Virus record (IMG/VR): IMGVR_UViG_3300036944_000561
Location: 1-64,000 of that record
Strand: one strand, 5' to 3'
DNA: 64,000 bases
Source of the DNA: a virus
Position numbers and translations under genes: made by a program
In this document: piece by piece, positions 39,581 through 49,378 of the stretch
How positions within the stretch are numbered: the stretch's first letter is position 1
Layout: each line of letters opens with the position of its first letter
The notes under the pieces: generated by a model
Databases searched by the model: none
Seen by the model: the letters and a program-made list of their open reading frames with translations, nothing else
What the model was told of the DNA's origin: nothing

Positions 39581-40285
39581 ATGTCTACTGTAGATAAACC
39601 GAAAGGAATACGAAACAACAACCCCGGCAATATTGAATGGGGTAGTCCTTGGCAGGGGTTGCTTCCAGATGATCAACGGACTGATAAACGTTTTTGCCAA
39701 TTTGAAACCGCTATTGATGGTATTCGCGCTATCGCTCGTACGCTGATCACCTATCAGGACAAGCGCAAAGCCGCAGATGGAAGCAAGATTGATTCTATTC
39801 AAGAAATTATAGAACGCTGGGCACCCCCTTCAGATCACAATCCAACCAGAGAATATGCAAAAGGTATAGCATATTTGATTGATGGGGTAGGGGTAGACGA
39901 TGAAGTAATCGATGTTCACACTTATGAACATCTGAAGCCAATCGTAGAGGGTATTATTCGTCACGAAAATGGAAAAGGTCCATTGAAAAATGACAATTCC
40001 TGGTATAGTAAAGAAATCATTGATGAAGCATTGCGTCGTGCTGGGGTAGTTCCTAAGAAGAAGCCCGTTGTTACCACCGAGACAACCGCTGCCGTCGGCA
40101 TTTCTAGCGTGGGTGTAGCTCAGGTGGCTGATTATGTGCCTCAGGTGATAGATGCCGTCAAAGGAGCAGACAGCCATCTTAGCAGCGGGAATATAGTACA
40201 GATTACAATCGGTGTTGTGATGATTGGTTTAGCAATTTTCTTGGCGTATAGTCGATACAAGAAATCTCAAGCGGGGATGTCATAA
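39581..40285 (+). CDS. Endolysin / lytic muramidase-like protein with C-terminal membrane segment
   Basis: GIRNNNPGNI, RFCQF, GIRAIARTLITY, IIERWAP motifs; hydrophobic tail VQITIGVVMIGLAIFLAY. Confidence 0.8.
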   Translation: MSTVDKPKGIRNNNPGNIEWGSPWQGLLPDDQRTDKRFCQFETAIDGIRAIARTLITYQDKRKAADGSKIDSIQEIIERWAPPSDHNPTREYAKGIAYLIDGVGVDDEVIDVHTYEHLKPIVEGIIRHENGKGPLKNDNSWYSKEIIDEALRRAGVVPKKKPVVTTETTAAVGISSVGVAQVADYVPQVIDAVKGADSHLSSGNIVQITIGVVMIGLAIFLAYSRYKKSQAGMS

Positions 40286-40545
40286 TGCTCTTGATTTTCA
40301 AAAAGGTTAAAATGTGGTTGGTTGGATTGCTCTTGGCAGCAGGGGCAATCCTAGGGTTCTATTTCAAAGGTCGTTCTGATGGTTCTTCGGCAAAAGAAAA
40401 AGAACATTCATTAGACACTCTCAAAGCAAAAGAGGATGTGATCAATGCAAAGAAACAAGCTCAAGATGAAGTCAGCAATCTTGGTAGCGGGGGCAGTGCT
40501 GATAAGTTGCGTTCTGACTGGGTGCGTGACGACTCAGACAAGTGA
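40285..40545 (+). CDS. Inner-membrane spanin (Rz-like)
   Basis: N-terminal TM WLVGLLLAAGAILGFYF, coiled region, LRSDWVRD end. Confidence 0.75.
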   Translation: MLLIFKKVKMWLVGLLLAAGAILGFYFKGRSDGSSAKEKEHSLDTLKAKEDVINAKKQAQDEVSNLGSGGSADKLRSDWVRDDSDK

Positions 40546-40693
40546 GACCCCGGCTTTTTGTGATGCCGCTAGTCCGATATACATTTCGAAAGATGATGTG
40601 CTGACAGACAAAACAGCAGACCAAATCCTACTACACAATCTTGTTGGTAAAGAATTGTGTGGTTGGGGTAAAGATCAGAAAGCCACCAAATAG
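40466..40693 (+). CDS. Outer-membrane spanin (Rz1-like lipoprotein)
   Basis: Overlaps the i-spanin in another frame; lipobox LTGC; FC...PIY...D.LT..TA.QIL.HN. Confidence 0.8.
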   Translation: MKSAILVAGAVLISCVLTGCVTTQTSETPAFCDAASPIYISKDDVLTDKTADQILLHNLVGKELCGWGKDQKATK

Positions 40694-40703
40694 GTGGCTT
40701 TTT
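40679..40703 (+). terminator. Terminator after the lysis cassette
   Basis: AAAGCCACC-AAATA-GGTGGCTTT followed by T-run. Confidence 0.8.
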
Positions 40704-40757
40704 CTTATACTAATATCGTAGTAAACTGTTTCAAATTTGGTCAAAGGAATAGGAACA

Positions 40758-40961
40758 ATGGTTGAAATGTGCAAGATTGTAGAGACTGATGCTTTTTGTA
40801 GAGATTATCCGGATGAACGATTCCTGAATCTTCCTCCTATGTCGAAGGAAAGATGTGAAAGAATTTGTTCAATCATCAATGCGGCCATGACGGAACATTG
40901 CGATCGATATTGGAAAACTGTTCCGAAAGATTATGTGTTAGAACCGGGATTTGAACCATAA
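40758..40961 (+). CDS. Small hypothetical protein
   Basis: AGGA RBS; 67 aa. Confidence 0.6.
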   Translation: MVEMCKIVETDAFCRDYPDERFLNLPPMSKERCERICSIINAAMTEHCDRYWKTVPKDYVLEPGFEP

Positions 40962-41554
40962 TGACAAGACGATATTTCAAATCACCCTTCACGCATTCTG
41001 AATTGATAGACATCATGGCTCAAAAATGTGTCAGTCAATTCGGTTGCGGGTTGGTTCTCAAAGAACCCAAATCGATGAAGTTGAATTTCGTCCCTGACAT
41101 TTTTGCTGTCAAGAAAGAAGGAGTGACATTTCAATTCGAAATCAAAGTCAGCGTCGATGATTGGAGAAAGGATAGAACCAAACACCATAGGATCAATCAT
41201 CATGAAGATGTTGGTCGATTTCGGTATTATGTTGTTCCGTATGGGATGTTTGGCAGAAATAGGTTCTTTCCTGCTCAAGAAATCAACGGGGTGAATTGGG
41301 GACTGATACAGATAGACAAAGGTGGGCAAATGCATGTTGAAATGGGTCCATCGCCATACAAGGCTCTGAGAAAGTTTTCAAATGGAGAATTTTCAGAATT
41401 TGAATGCACTGCCAACACATCAGCCGAAATGGAATTGGTCTATTCGTATTATCGAAAATTAGTAATGAACACCACAGACGATAACATTAGTTCTATATCG
41501 AATGTGCAGTACAATAGAGAAGATGTACAAGAATTTTGTAGACGAGTGAGATAA
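40961..41554 (+). CDS. PD-(D/E)XK (MmcB-like) nuclease-fold protein
   Basis: PD...FEIKVS..DW.KD..K.HR...G.FRYYVVP. Confidence 0.65.
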   Translation: MTRRYFKSPFTHSELIDIMAQKCVSQFGCGLVLKEPKSMKLNFVPDIFAVKKEGVTFQFEIKVSVDDWRKDRTKHHRINHHEDVGRFRYYVVPYGMFGRNRFFPAQEINGVNWGLIQIDKGGQMHVEMGPSPYKALRKFSNGEFSEFECTANTSAEMELVYSYYRKLVMNTTDDNISSISNVQYNREDVQEFCRRVR

Positions 41555-41563
41555 GGCGAAATT

Positions 41564-41761
41564 ATGTCAGATTTTGTTAAACGGTTAGAGCAGGAACACC
41601 AAGATTTAAATGAAAAGATTGAAAAATTAATATCTTTTTCAAAAACCGACAAATTTTCTGAACTACCTTTGATAGAACAGAAAATGTTACTGGATCAATT
41701 GAAATATATGTCGCGATACGCCGGAACATTACATTTGCGGTGTATATATTATAGATCATAA
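41564..41761 (+). CDS. Small coiled-coil phage protein (crAss001_48-like)
   Basis: RLEQEHQDLNEKIEKL...EQKMLLDQLKYMSRYAGTLHLR. Confidence 0.65.
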   Translation: MSDFVKRLEQEHQDLNEKIEKLISFSKTDKFSELPLIEQKMLLDQLKYMSRYAGTLHLRCIYYRS

Positions 41762-41774
41762 CAGGATACAAATC

Positions 41775-42836
41775 ATGCCGATGTGGTTGGACAAACAATA
41801 TATCGATCGGATTCGATTTAATCTGGCTGGGTTTGTTTGGAGATCTCAAAATGTCGCAAATTTTCGTTGTCCTCTGTGCGGGGATTCTCAGAGAAATTTA
41901 CGAAAAAAGCGCGGATTCTTCTTTGCTGATCATGATCATGATTGCATGAGATGGGCTTGTCACAACTGTCATGAAAAGAATGGTTGGTCTTTTGGGTTTT
42001 GGCTCAAAGATTTCGATCCTTCTTTGTATAAGGAATATCAACTAGAACTTTTCAAAGAAAGCGGACAGTCTATTTCTTCAAATCGTGAACCAGAGTGGAG
42101 GCCACCAAAGATTACTAGGACGCAACCTCTTCAAATCAAGAAATCTCACGAACTCCCTAGAGCTATTCTAGAGCACGCAACTCCCATCAGTATGCTACCG
42201 CCTGACCATATGGTCGTTCGCTATGCAGAATCCCGGAGACTCCCTGAGAAAGCAAAATCTATTCTTTGTTACACCGATGATTATAGATCACTGGTTGAAC
42301 ATCTTGATATAGAGAATGTTGATGCAATTGAAAAGTTGCCCCAGGATGCCCGGTTGATCATTCCGTTGTTGACCGAAAATTGGGAACTCATGGGTGTACA
42401 GGGAAGAGCATTAGACAAAAATTCTTTTCAACGGTATATCACCAACAAGATAAAAGAACATTATCCAAAATTGTTTGGGCTTCATTCTTTGAACAAAAAG
42501 AAGCCAATCCTGGTAGTTGAAGGTCCAATAGATTCTATGTTCCTGGGTAATGCTGTTGCCACAGCCGATTCGAATCTTCTCAGTTACGAAGCCGGGACAG
42601 TATATGTACCTGACAACCAATACAGAAACCGAGAAATCTGCAACATCGTTGAACACATCATCGATTCTGGCAAAAATATTTGCATTTTTCCGAAAGACTT
42701 AGAACACTTCAAAGACATTAATGACATGGTCATGTATGGGAACATTTCTCCGACAGATATCATGAAAATTATCGCTTCAAACACTTTCAACGGATTAAAG
42801 GCCAAAATGGTCTGGGCTACCCGGCGAGGAATTTGA
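41775..42836 (+). CDS. 61: DNA primase gp61
   Basis: NFRCPLCGDS, CHNC zinc finger, QGRAL, VVEGPIDSMF, KDINDM. Confidence 0.95.
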   Translation: MPMWLDKQYIDRIRFNLAGFVWRSQNVANFRCPLCGDSQRNLRKKRGFFFADHDHDCMRWACHNCHEKNGWSFGFWLKDFDPSLYKEYQLELFKESGQSISSNREPEWRPPKITRTQPLQIKKSHELPRAILEHATPISMLPPDHMVVRYAESRRLPEKAKSILCYTDDYRSLVEHLDIENVDAIEKLPQDARLIIPLLTENWELMGVQGRALDKNSFQRYITNKIKEHYPKLFGLHSLNKKKPILVVEGPIDSMFLGNAVATADSNLLSYEAGTVYVPDNQYRNREICNIVEHIIDSGKNICIFPKDLEHFKDINDMVMYGNISPTDIMKIIASNTFNGLKAKMVWATRRGI

Positions 42837-42857
42837 ACCAAAACCCCATTTTATTCT

Positions 42858-43406
42858 ATGAGAAATTGTAGTATCCTGTATCAAAATTCATCATATCCTA
42901 AAGAACGGACTCTGAAGCCTTTATTTGCATATGAGACTGAACACAAAGACTATCATTTCAATCTTTGTGCTGATGACAATAAACGGTATGTTTCAGACTA
43001 CTTCAAGAAGATTCGAAAAGAAGCGATGAAACTTCGCCAGGGAAATACGTGGTACACTGTAACATTTGAGTTAGATGAAAACGATAAGTTGATTATATTA
43101 GTTGATCAACGGATGATGAAAGGTAAGCCAAAAATAAAAGTGATCAATGATTTATTTGTAAATCCTTGTATCTATATTGATGTTGACAAACAAGATATGG
43201 GTGGATCAGAGATGATCGCAGCCGGGTGTAGTAAACGTCGTTCAAATCTAGAAGGTTTACGAAAAATGACTCTAGGTGGGAAGAAATTGAAACCTTTGTT
43301 GAGAAAGGCAAAAATTATCAAAGAAATGTATTGTGAGCAATTGAAAGAATTGCTGATTTTTGATAGGAACCGATGGGTTCATGATGACATTGTTGGGGAT
43401 GAGTGA
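42858..43406 (+). CDS. Hypothetical protein (start uncertain)
   Basis: 182-aa ORF. Confidence 0.55.
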   Translation: MRNCSILYQNSSYPKERTLKPLFAYETEHKDYHFNLCADDNKRYVSDYFKKIRKEAMKLRQGNTWYTVTFELDENDKLIILVDQRMMKGKPKIKVINDLFVNPCIYIDVDKQDMGGSEMIAAGCSKRRSNLEGLRKMTLGGKKLKPLLRKAKIIKEMYCEQLKELLIFDRNRWVHDDIVGDE

Positions 43407-43410
43407 AATA

Positions 43411-43498
43411 TTTTTCAAAAAGTGGTTTACTTGACTTTCAAAAAGCGTATAATGGTTTCCAATGAGGCAATATCGCCTGACCCTTAGAGGATACGAAA
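43411..43498 (+). promoter_or_regulatory. Early promoter module (repeat family) with leader hairpin and RBS
   Basis: TTTACT-16-TATAAT-GGTTTCCA; AGGC-AATATC-GCCT hairpin; CCCTTAGAGGATA. Confidence 0.9.
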
Positions 43499-44053
43499 AT
43501 GAAAATAACAGAATTAAAAAATGCTCCAGAATGGTTGAAAAACGCTGTTGTTGAAAATGAAAATGTTGAGATAGATATTTACGGCAATATTATTTGGAAA
43601 TCAGGTATTTGGAAATCAGGTACTTGGGAATCAGGTACTTGGGTATCAGGTACTTGGGAATCAGGTATTTGGAAATTGGGTCTTTGGGAATCAGGTACTT
43701 GGGAATCAGGTCTTTGGAAATCAGGTACATGGGTAGATGGTACTTGGAAATCGGGCACTTGGAAATTAGGCACTTGGAAATCAGGTACTTGGGAATATGG
43801 TACTTGGGAATCAGGTACTTGGGAATATGGTACTTGGAAAGGTGGTGAAAGTGCACTGAAATCGAAATACACCCCATTTATTAATTTCGATCTTTCTGTT
43901 TCAATTGGTTGTAAGACTATGACAATTGAAGACTGGGTGGAATGGTTTGAAAATTCTACAGAAGAATTCGAAACACCGAGAAATACCCCAGAATTCAAAA
44001 TGATTCGAGCACATTTTTACGCTGTTAAGGCATACGTGGAGGCCATGGAATGA
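43499..44053 (+). CDS. Early protein with tandem G-[TIL]-W-x-x pentapeptide repeats
   Basis: GTWES-type units in the translation, downstream of the promoter module. Confidence 0.8.
   Translation: MKITELKNAPEWLKNAVVENENVEIDIYGNIIWKSGIWKSGTWESGTWVSGTWESGIWKLGLWESGTWESGLWKSGTWVDGTWKSGTWKLGTWKSGTWEYGTWESGTWEYGTWKGGESALKSKYTPFINFDLSVSIGCKTMTIEDWVEWFENSTEEFETPRNTPEFKMIRAHFYAVKAYVEAME
43589..43843 (+). repeat. 15-nt coding tandem repeat, about 17 units (consensus GGTACTTGGGAATCA)
   Basis: Visible in the DNA; 16 G-x-W-x-x units plus a degenerate first unit. Confidence 0.95.
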
Positions 44054-44463
44054 AACAAACAACCCTTGCAGAACTTGGTATGAAGTCGAGTCGTTGTCCA
44101 ATAACCAATGAATTGGCTCCAAATTGTACCAGAAGAAGATTTGATAATTTTCATATAAGTTATGCGCGATATATACAAGAATATGGGTGTGATACCACGG
44201 CCATTGTATTGGATGACCGGGTATTTTTGATTCTGAATGGCTACCATGCGCCGGATTTGATAGAAGCCGCCGAAACAAGAGGAATTGATGGGTGCATTGA
44301 CATTTTTGTTGAACGAATCAGCCAGGTCAACAAACTTAGTGAGCATCTAATGGCGGTTGGAATTGAAAATGATCCTTTTCAATTATACCAAACAACCCTT
44401 GAAGTGATTGGTCTTGATAATATTGAAAAGATTAAGAATGCAGTGAAAAATCAGACAGTATAA
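44050..44463 (+). CDS. Hypothetical protein coupled to the repeat protein
   Basis: ATGA overlap at 44050-44053; YGCDTTAIV...FLILNGYH. Confidence 0.7.
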   Translation: MKQTTLAELGMKSSRCPITNELAPNCTRRRFDNFHISYARYIQEYGCDTTAIVLDDRVFLILNGYHAPDLIEAAETRGIDGCIDIFVERISQVNKLSEHLMAVGIENDPFQLYQTTLEVIGLDNIEKIKNAVKNQTV

Positions 44464-44498
44464 TTATCGATATCAATAATGAATCTAATCTATCAACC

Positions 44499-46178
44499 AT
44501 GACAAAGAGATTCACAACACAACAATTCATCGAAAGGGCAAGAACATTACACGGAAACAAATATGATTATTCTAAAGTTGAATATGTCAATAATTCGACT
44601 CCTGTTGTAATTTCTTGCCCGGTTCATGGAGACTTTGAACAAAGACCGATGGATCATTTCAATGGAAATGGTTGCCGTAAATGTTCTATTGAGTCCAGAA
44701 ACAAAAATGATCTAGCAAAAAGAAAGGCTAAATTCATCCAAGATTCCTTGAAAATTCACGGGAACAAATATGATTATTCGAAAGTCGACTACACCAACAA
44801 TGAAAAATTGGTGACAATCATATGCCCGGTGCACGGAGAATTCGAACAATCACCCGGTGCGCATACCTCTGGAAAGGGGTGTAAACAATGTGGAATTGAA
44901 AAATGTATTGAATCTCGTTTCGAACGAAAGAAGATAGAGATATTCAGAAAGTTTAAAGAAGTCCACGGTTCGAAGTATGACTATTCGAAATCCGTCTACA
45001 TTTCAGAAACAACAAAAATGGAAATTGTTTGTCCTGTTCACGGAGTATTTCTTCAATCACCCGGCGCTCATCGTGCTGGACAGGGGTGCAGGAAATGTGC
45101 CGATGAGATGAGAGCAAACAATAAAACGATTGCCGCCATATCAACTCTAAAACAGAGATGTCTTGAAGTTCATTCTAACAAGTATTCATACCCCAACTTC
45201 GAACATTTGCAGAAGGTTGATCAACAGATTGAAATCATTTGTCCTATCCATGGATCATTTTCTCAATATGTCTACAATCATCTAGCGGGAGCCGGGTGCC
45301 CCAAATGTTCTAACACTGGACCATCAAAACCAGAGTTGGAAATTTATGAATTTATCAATTCTTTTTCTCCAAATCTTGTTGAATTGTCAAACAGAACCAT
45401 TTTAGACGGAAAAGAGATAGACATATTTTCAAAAACAAAGAATGTTGGATTTGAATTCGATGGAATTTATTGGCATTCTTCAGACTGTATTGAAACCGAT
45501 TCGTATTATTCAAAAAGGCATTTAGAAAAGACTCGCAATTGTGAAAGGAAGGGGATCCGGCTTTATCACATTTTTGAAAACGAATGGAATATGAAAAAGG
45601 ACATATGGAAATCTGTAATATTGAATTCTTTGAATCTAACCCCTGACAGAATTTATGCTCGGCAATGTAAGGTTGTAGAAGTGCCTTTAGAGGATGCGAT
45701 GGAGTTCATGACACGAACTCACCTTCAGGGAGCTATCGGCTCTCAGATTCGCTTAGGATTAGAATACAGCGGTGTTCTGGTAAGCCTTATGACCTTTGGT
45801 AAACCAAGATTCGACAAACACCATGAATATGAGTTGTTGAGATTCAGCAATGAACTGTTTCTGAATGTTGTCGGGGGAGCAAGCAAATTGTTGTCTCATT
45901 TCAAAAGAACCTATGGAACCTCTATAATTTCGTATGCTAATCGCAGATGGTCTAATGGTAATTTGTATGAGAAATTGGGATTTTCATTGGATCATCTTAC
46001 CGCGCCCGGATACTACTATACAAAAGGCGGAACGATATTGCATCGTCATTCATTCATGAAACACAAGCTAGAACACATGTTGAAAGAATTTGATCCAAAT
46101 TTATCAGAATATCAAAACATGTACAATAATGGATATAAGAGAATTTGGGATTGCGGTCAAATGGTGTATGTATTATGA
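44499..46178 (+). mobile_element. Hef-like homing endonuclease: four zinc-ribbon repeats, PD-(D/E)XK core, C-terminal domain
   Basis: 4x YDYSK..Y...CP.HG.F.Q...H..G.GC..C; EIDIF...FEFDGIYWHS...IFENEW; GGASKLL, IWDCG. Confidence 0.75.
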
Positions 46179-46186
46179 AGATAGTC

Positions 46187-46193
46187 CTAAATA
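46187..46193 (+). promoter_or_regulatory. Late promoter (CTAAATA) for the HNH gene
   Basis: CTAAATA between the two endonuclease genes. Confidence 0.6.
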
Positions 46194-46262
46194 CTGTTGA
46201 GATTATAGTTGGTAGCTATGATCTCACAAACCCAAGTTCAGCACAACTCGGAGACCAGTATT

Positions 46263-46973
46263 ATGGACTATCACAAAGTATATAATCATCTAGTTTCATA
46301 CCGAAAATCAAATCGTCCCAAAAGAAAATATACCGAATCACACCACATTCTCCCTAGGTGTATGGGTGGCTCAGATATTGGAAAGAATCTAGTGATCCTC
46401 ACTGCCAGGGAACATTTCATTGCTCATCGACTACTGACCAAAATATACCCCGAACAAGGCAAACTCAAACAAGCCATGTTCCTCATGGTGAACCTGACAA
46501 GATATGCTGGATGTGTGAACTCAAGAGTATTTGAATATGCGAAGGAGCAAGCGGCTGGGGTGTATTCAAAAGAATCTTTGAAACATTGGAAAGACCCAAC
46601 GTTCAGAAAGAAGACGTGTAAAGCTATATCAGATGGATATAAAAATCCAGATGCTTTCTGTAATACTGAAGAGTCTAGAGAAAATAGAAGACAAGCGATG
46701 ATGCAATTTCATAAGAATAATGTTCTAAGACCTTGGCAAGCACCAAAGGCTACACCAACCAAACATTTGTGGGGACTTGCTCAATCATTTTATGAAATGT
46801 CTAAGTTCAATCCAAATGTTGTTGGGAAGCCTATGGGTGCAACTCGATTCAATACCAGGTATGGCGGTGGGAAGAATGTTAGGATCTTTTGGAGGATGGA
46901 ACAGATGTTCAAGGAAGGTTGGGTGCCGATTGAGGATGAGTTGTGGCTAGAGGATTTTAGTGATTCTATGTAA
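46263..46973 (+). mobile_element. HNH homing endonuclease (MobE-like)
   Basis: YTESHHILPRCMGGSD...NLVILTAREHFIAHRLLTKIY; GGAG RBS before ATG 46263. Confidence 0.85.
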
Positions 46974-46974
46974 C

Positions 46975-47002
46975 AAAAAGACCCGCAGAAGCGGGTCTTT
47001 TT
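46975..47002. terminator. Bidirectional terminator
   Basis: AAAAAGACCCGC-AGAA-GCGGGTCTTTTT between the HNH gene and gp23. Confidence 0.9.
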
Positions 47003-47018
47003 CATGTCTAAGTGGTTG

Positions 47019-48401
47019 TTAACCAAGTAAACTTTTGAACGCGATTTTTCGAAAGTACGAGTTACTGTTGGCAACGATACCGTCAGAGGTCACGGCGGTT
47101 TGTGGAGATTGGCCTACAGGGATCTGTACGAATGGGTTAGCCACAACACCATAACGAGTCTTGAACGCCATGCGGGGTTGGAATGAATCCTGACCTGTTG
47201 CACGGAACATTTCTAACGGCACGTATGGGCAATAGAAGTAACCAGCATCCAGTTGGTTCAGACCTTTGAACGCCACAGTAGCATAGTTGATTGAACCAGC
47301 ATATGGATCAATGAACACCTGCATACCGTTAGCCAGTACGCCAGCGAATGACTGGGCAGTTGGATCAACGGTCAGAGTGCGGTTCTGAGCCAGGGCAGGA
47401 GAATAGTCCAGCATACCAGCCATTACCAGGGCAGAAGCAACGTTCGGATGACACAGAACTTTGTTACCTTTACCACGACGAGTTTCAACGGCAATGCGGT
47501 TGGCTTCAACTTCCAGGATAAACATCAGATATTTCCAACGTTCCAGATCCCAACGACCACCAACATCATTCGCCATGTCGATCACACCAGTACCAGCACC
47601 GAACTGATCAGCCTTGACAGCGGAAACGTTCATATGGCGAATCATTTCACGGTTGATTTCAGCACCGATTTCGGTTACCATCACGTCAGCCAGGATGCTG
47701 TCAACGTCTTCACCATGAACAGCCATCATGTCCTGGCGTAATTCCTGTGAGTAGTCAGCATACAGACCACGGGACTTGGCAGAAACTTGGGCTTTCTGAA
47801 TGGTGATACCAACACGAGACCAGCTGCCAGTAGCACCCAGCAATTCAGCAGCGGCTGTTGACATACCTTTACCCGCTACAGTGGCAGTCGCATCACCAGT
47901 GCCGCCTTCAACTTCCAACACAGTGAAACCGGATGGATCACCAGCAGCGGCAGTAGTTGTGTCACCTGAGTAAGCTGAGTCAGCTTCGCTCATGAACAGT
48001 TCTGGTTTGGTTTCGTTATCTCCGGCACCAGCATCAGCACCCTTACGAGCACGCAATGCGAAGATCTGACCGTCTGGAGCTGGGAGAGGCTGAACACCGA
48101 AGAATTCGTTGGCGATGTTGATAGGAGCCAGACGTTTCGCCATTGCGATCAGTACAGGTGCCCAACGGCCAGCGGTAGAAGTGGCGTTGCCGATTGCGTT
48201 ATCAGCTTCGTTCAAAGTTGATTCGCTGATGCCATCATAGCCCAGGTTTTCACGGTTCCATGCGCTCTGGTTTTCCAACAGACGGATGGTGATGTCTTCT
48301 GGAGTCAGACCACGTGAAACACTGTCTTCACCTTCGATGACAGGGGTCCATTTCTTGCGCATTGATTCAGTCACAAGACCTTTGGTATTTGCTTTAGCCA
48401 T
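47019..48401 (-). CDS. 23: Major capsid protein gp23
   Basis: GVQPL..PDGQIFALR, AKSRGLYADYSQELRQD..AVHG.D, GYFYCPYVPL, FQPRMAFKTRYG. Confidence 0.97.
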   Translation of the reverse strand: MAKANTKGLVTESMRKKWTPVIEGEDSVSRGLTPEDITIRLLENQSAWNRENLGYDGISESTLNEADNAIGNATSTAGRWAPVLIAMAKRLAPINIANEFFGVQPLPAPDGQIFALRARKGADAGAGDNETKPELFMSEADSAYSGDTTTAAAGDPSGFTVLEVEGGTGDATATVAGKGMSTAAAELLGATGSWSRVGITIQKAQVSAKSRGLYADYSQELRQDMMAVHGEDVDSILADVMVTEIGAEINREMIRHMNVSAVKADQFGAGTGVIDMANDVGGRWDLERWKYLMFILEVEANRIAVETRRGKGNKVLCHPNVASALVMAGMLDYSPALAQNRTLTVDPTAQSFAGVLANGMQVFIDPYAGSINYATVAFKGLNQLDAGYFYCPYVPLEMFRATGQDSFQPRMAFKTRYGVVANPFVQIPVGQSPQTAVTSDGIVANSNSYFRKIAFKSLLG

Positions 48402-48439
48402 TTTCATTTTCTCCTGAAAATTTTATTTCGAGTCAAAAC

Positions 48440-48446
48440 TATTTAG
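48440..48446 (-). promoter_or_regulatory. Late promoter (CTAAATA) for gene 23
   Basis: TATTTAG on + strand; same element at 34027, 49362, 50561, 55403 and 61175. Confidence 0.75.
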
Positions 48447-48469
48447 TGAAAAAGATTTTTCGTTTGAAA

Positions 48470-49333
48470 TTATTTGATCAATCCCAAGCGACGGAGGTTG
48501 TTGACAGCTGACTCACCAATTTTCTTGGCTTCTTCAGATTCTTCGTCTTCTTCCTCTTCATCTTCGTCATCCATGTCGCCATTTTCTTTGATGTTCATGG
48601 GGTAATCTTTGTCGGTTCCGTCAACAAATTCTTCACCCATTGTGCCGTCAGGATTCTGCTTTGACTTTCTAGGTTTGCCGTCATCGAACAGATCGTCTTC
48701 TTCGACTTTCGATTTTTCAACGATTACACGATAACCTTCACAGAGTTCTTTGAAGGATGTTTCATCTTCAAAGGCGGCTTTCATACAACGTTCCATCAGT
48801 CTACCAGCAGACACGGCAGTCATTCCTTTAGAAACAGACTCCACGATGGCTTTCTTCTTCATCTTGGTCAGTTCTTCGGTGATAGACACACTATGGCTCA
48901 AAGCGTCATTCAGACGGCTGCGAGTGGTGGCCAATTGACTTTCGAGCAGATCCAATTTGCTTTCTTCACCTTCTGGGATAGTGACGTTGAATTTTTTAGC
49001 AGATTCAACGATGCTTGCCATGAAGACTTGAGACAACTGATTGATTGCTTCATTCTGAATACCAATAGAATTTTTGTTAGCCCAATCAATGACAGTCATG
49101 CTCAGGAACTGGTCAAATTTTTCAGCAATGACTTTGGCAGCAGCTTCTGAATTGTAAGCGGCGGCTTCGGCCAATTGTTCACGAAGATCACCAATTTCTT
49201 CGTTCAATCCAGAAGTGGCTTCGTCGATTCTGGATTGAACCTTTTCTTCAACGGCTGCTTCGAAAATCGGTTTCATTTTGGCGATCAGACTTTCATTCAA
49301 GCCGTCAACACCTTCAAAAATTTTCTCAAACAT
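48470..49333 (-). CDS. 22: Prohead core scaffold gp22
   Basis: IFEAAVEEKV..., coiled-coil, acidic tail; lies between genes 21 and 23. Confidence 0.85.
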   Translation of the reverse strand: MFEKIFEGVDGLNESLIAKMKPIFEAAVEEKVQSRIDEATSGLNEEIGDLREQLAEAAAYNSEAAAKVIAEKFDQFLSMTVIDWANKNSIGIQNEAINQLSQVFMASIVESAKKFNVTIPEGEESKLDLLESQLATTRSRLNDALSHSVSITEELTKMKKKAIVESVSKGMTAVSAGRLMERCMKAAFEDETSFKELCEGYRVIVEKSKVEEDDLFDDGKPRKSKQNPDGTMGEEFVDGTDKDYPMNIKENGDMDDEDEEEEDEESEEAKKIGESAVNNLRRLGLIK

Positions 49334-49378
49334 GATGTTGCTCCAAATGTTAACGTGAAAATATTTAGCGATTGAAAT

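Noticed and set aside
43589-43843. Tandem repeats as a CRISPR array
   Set aside because: Units are contiguous 15-mers with no unique spacers and keep an open reading frame; this is a coding repeat
43579-43998. Repetitive antisense and alternate-frame ORFs (SQVPD, YLIPK, YLGIR)
   Set aside because: Shadows of the 15-nt repeat; only the 43499 frame has a promoter and RBS
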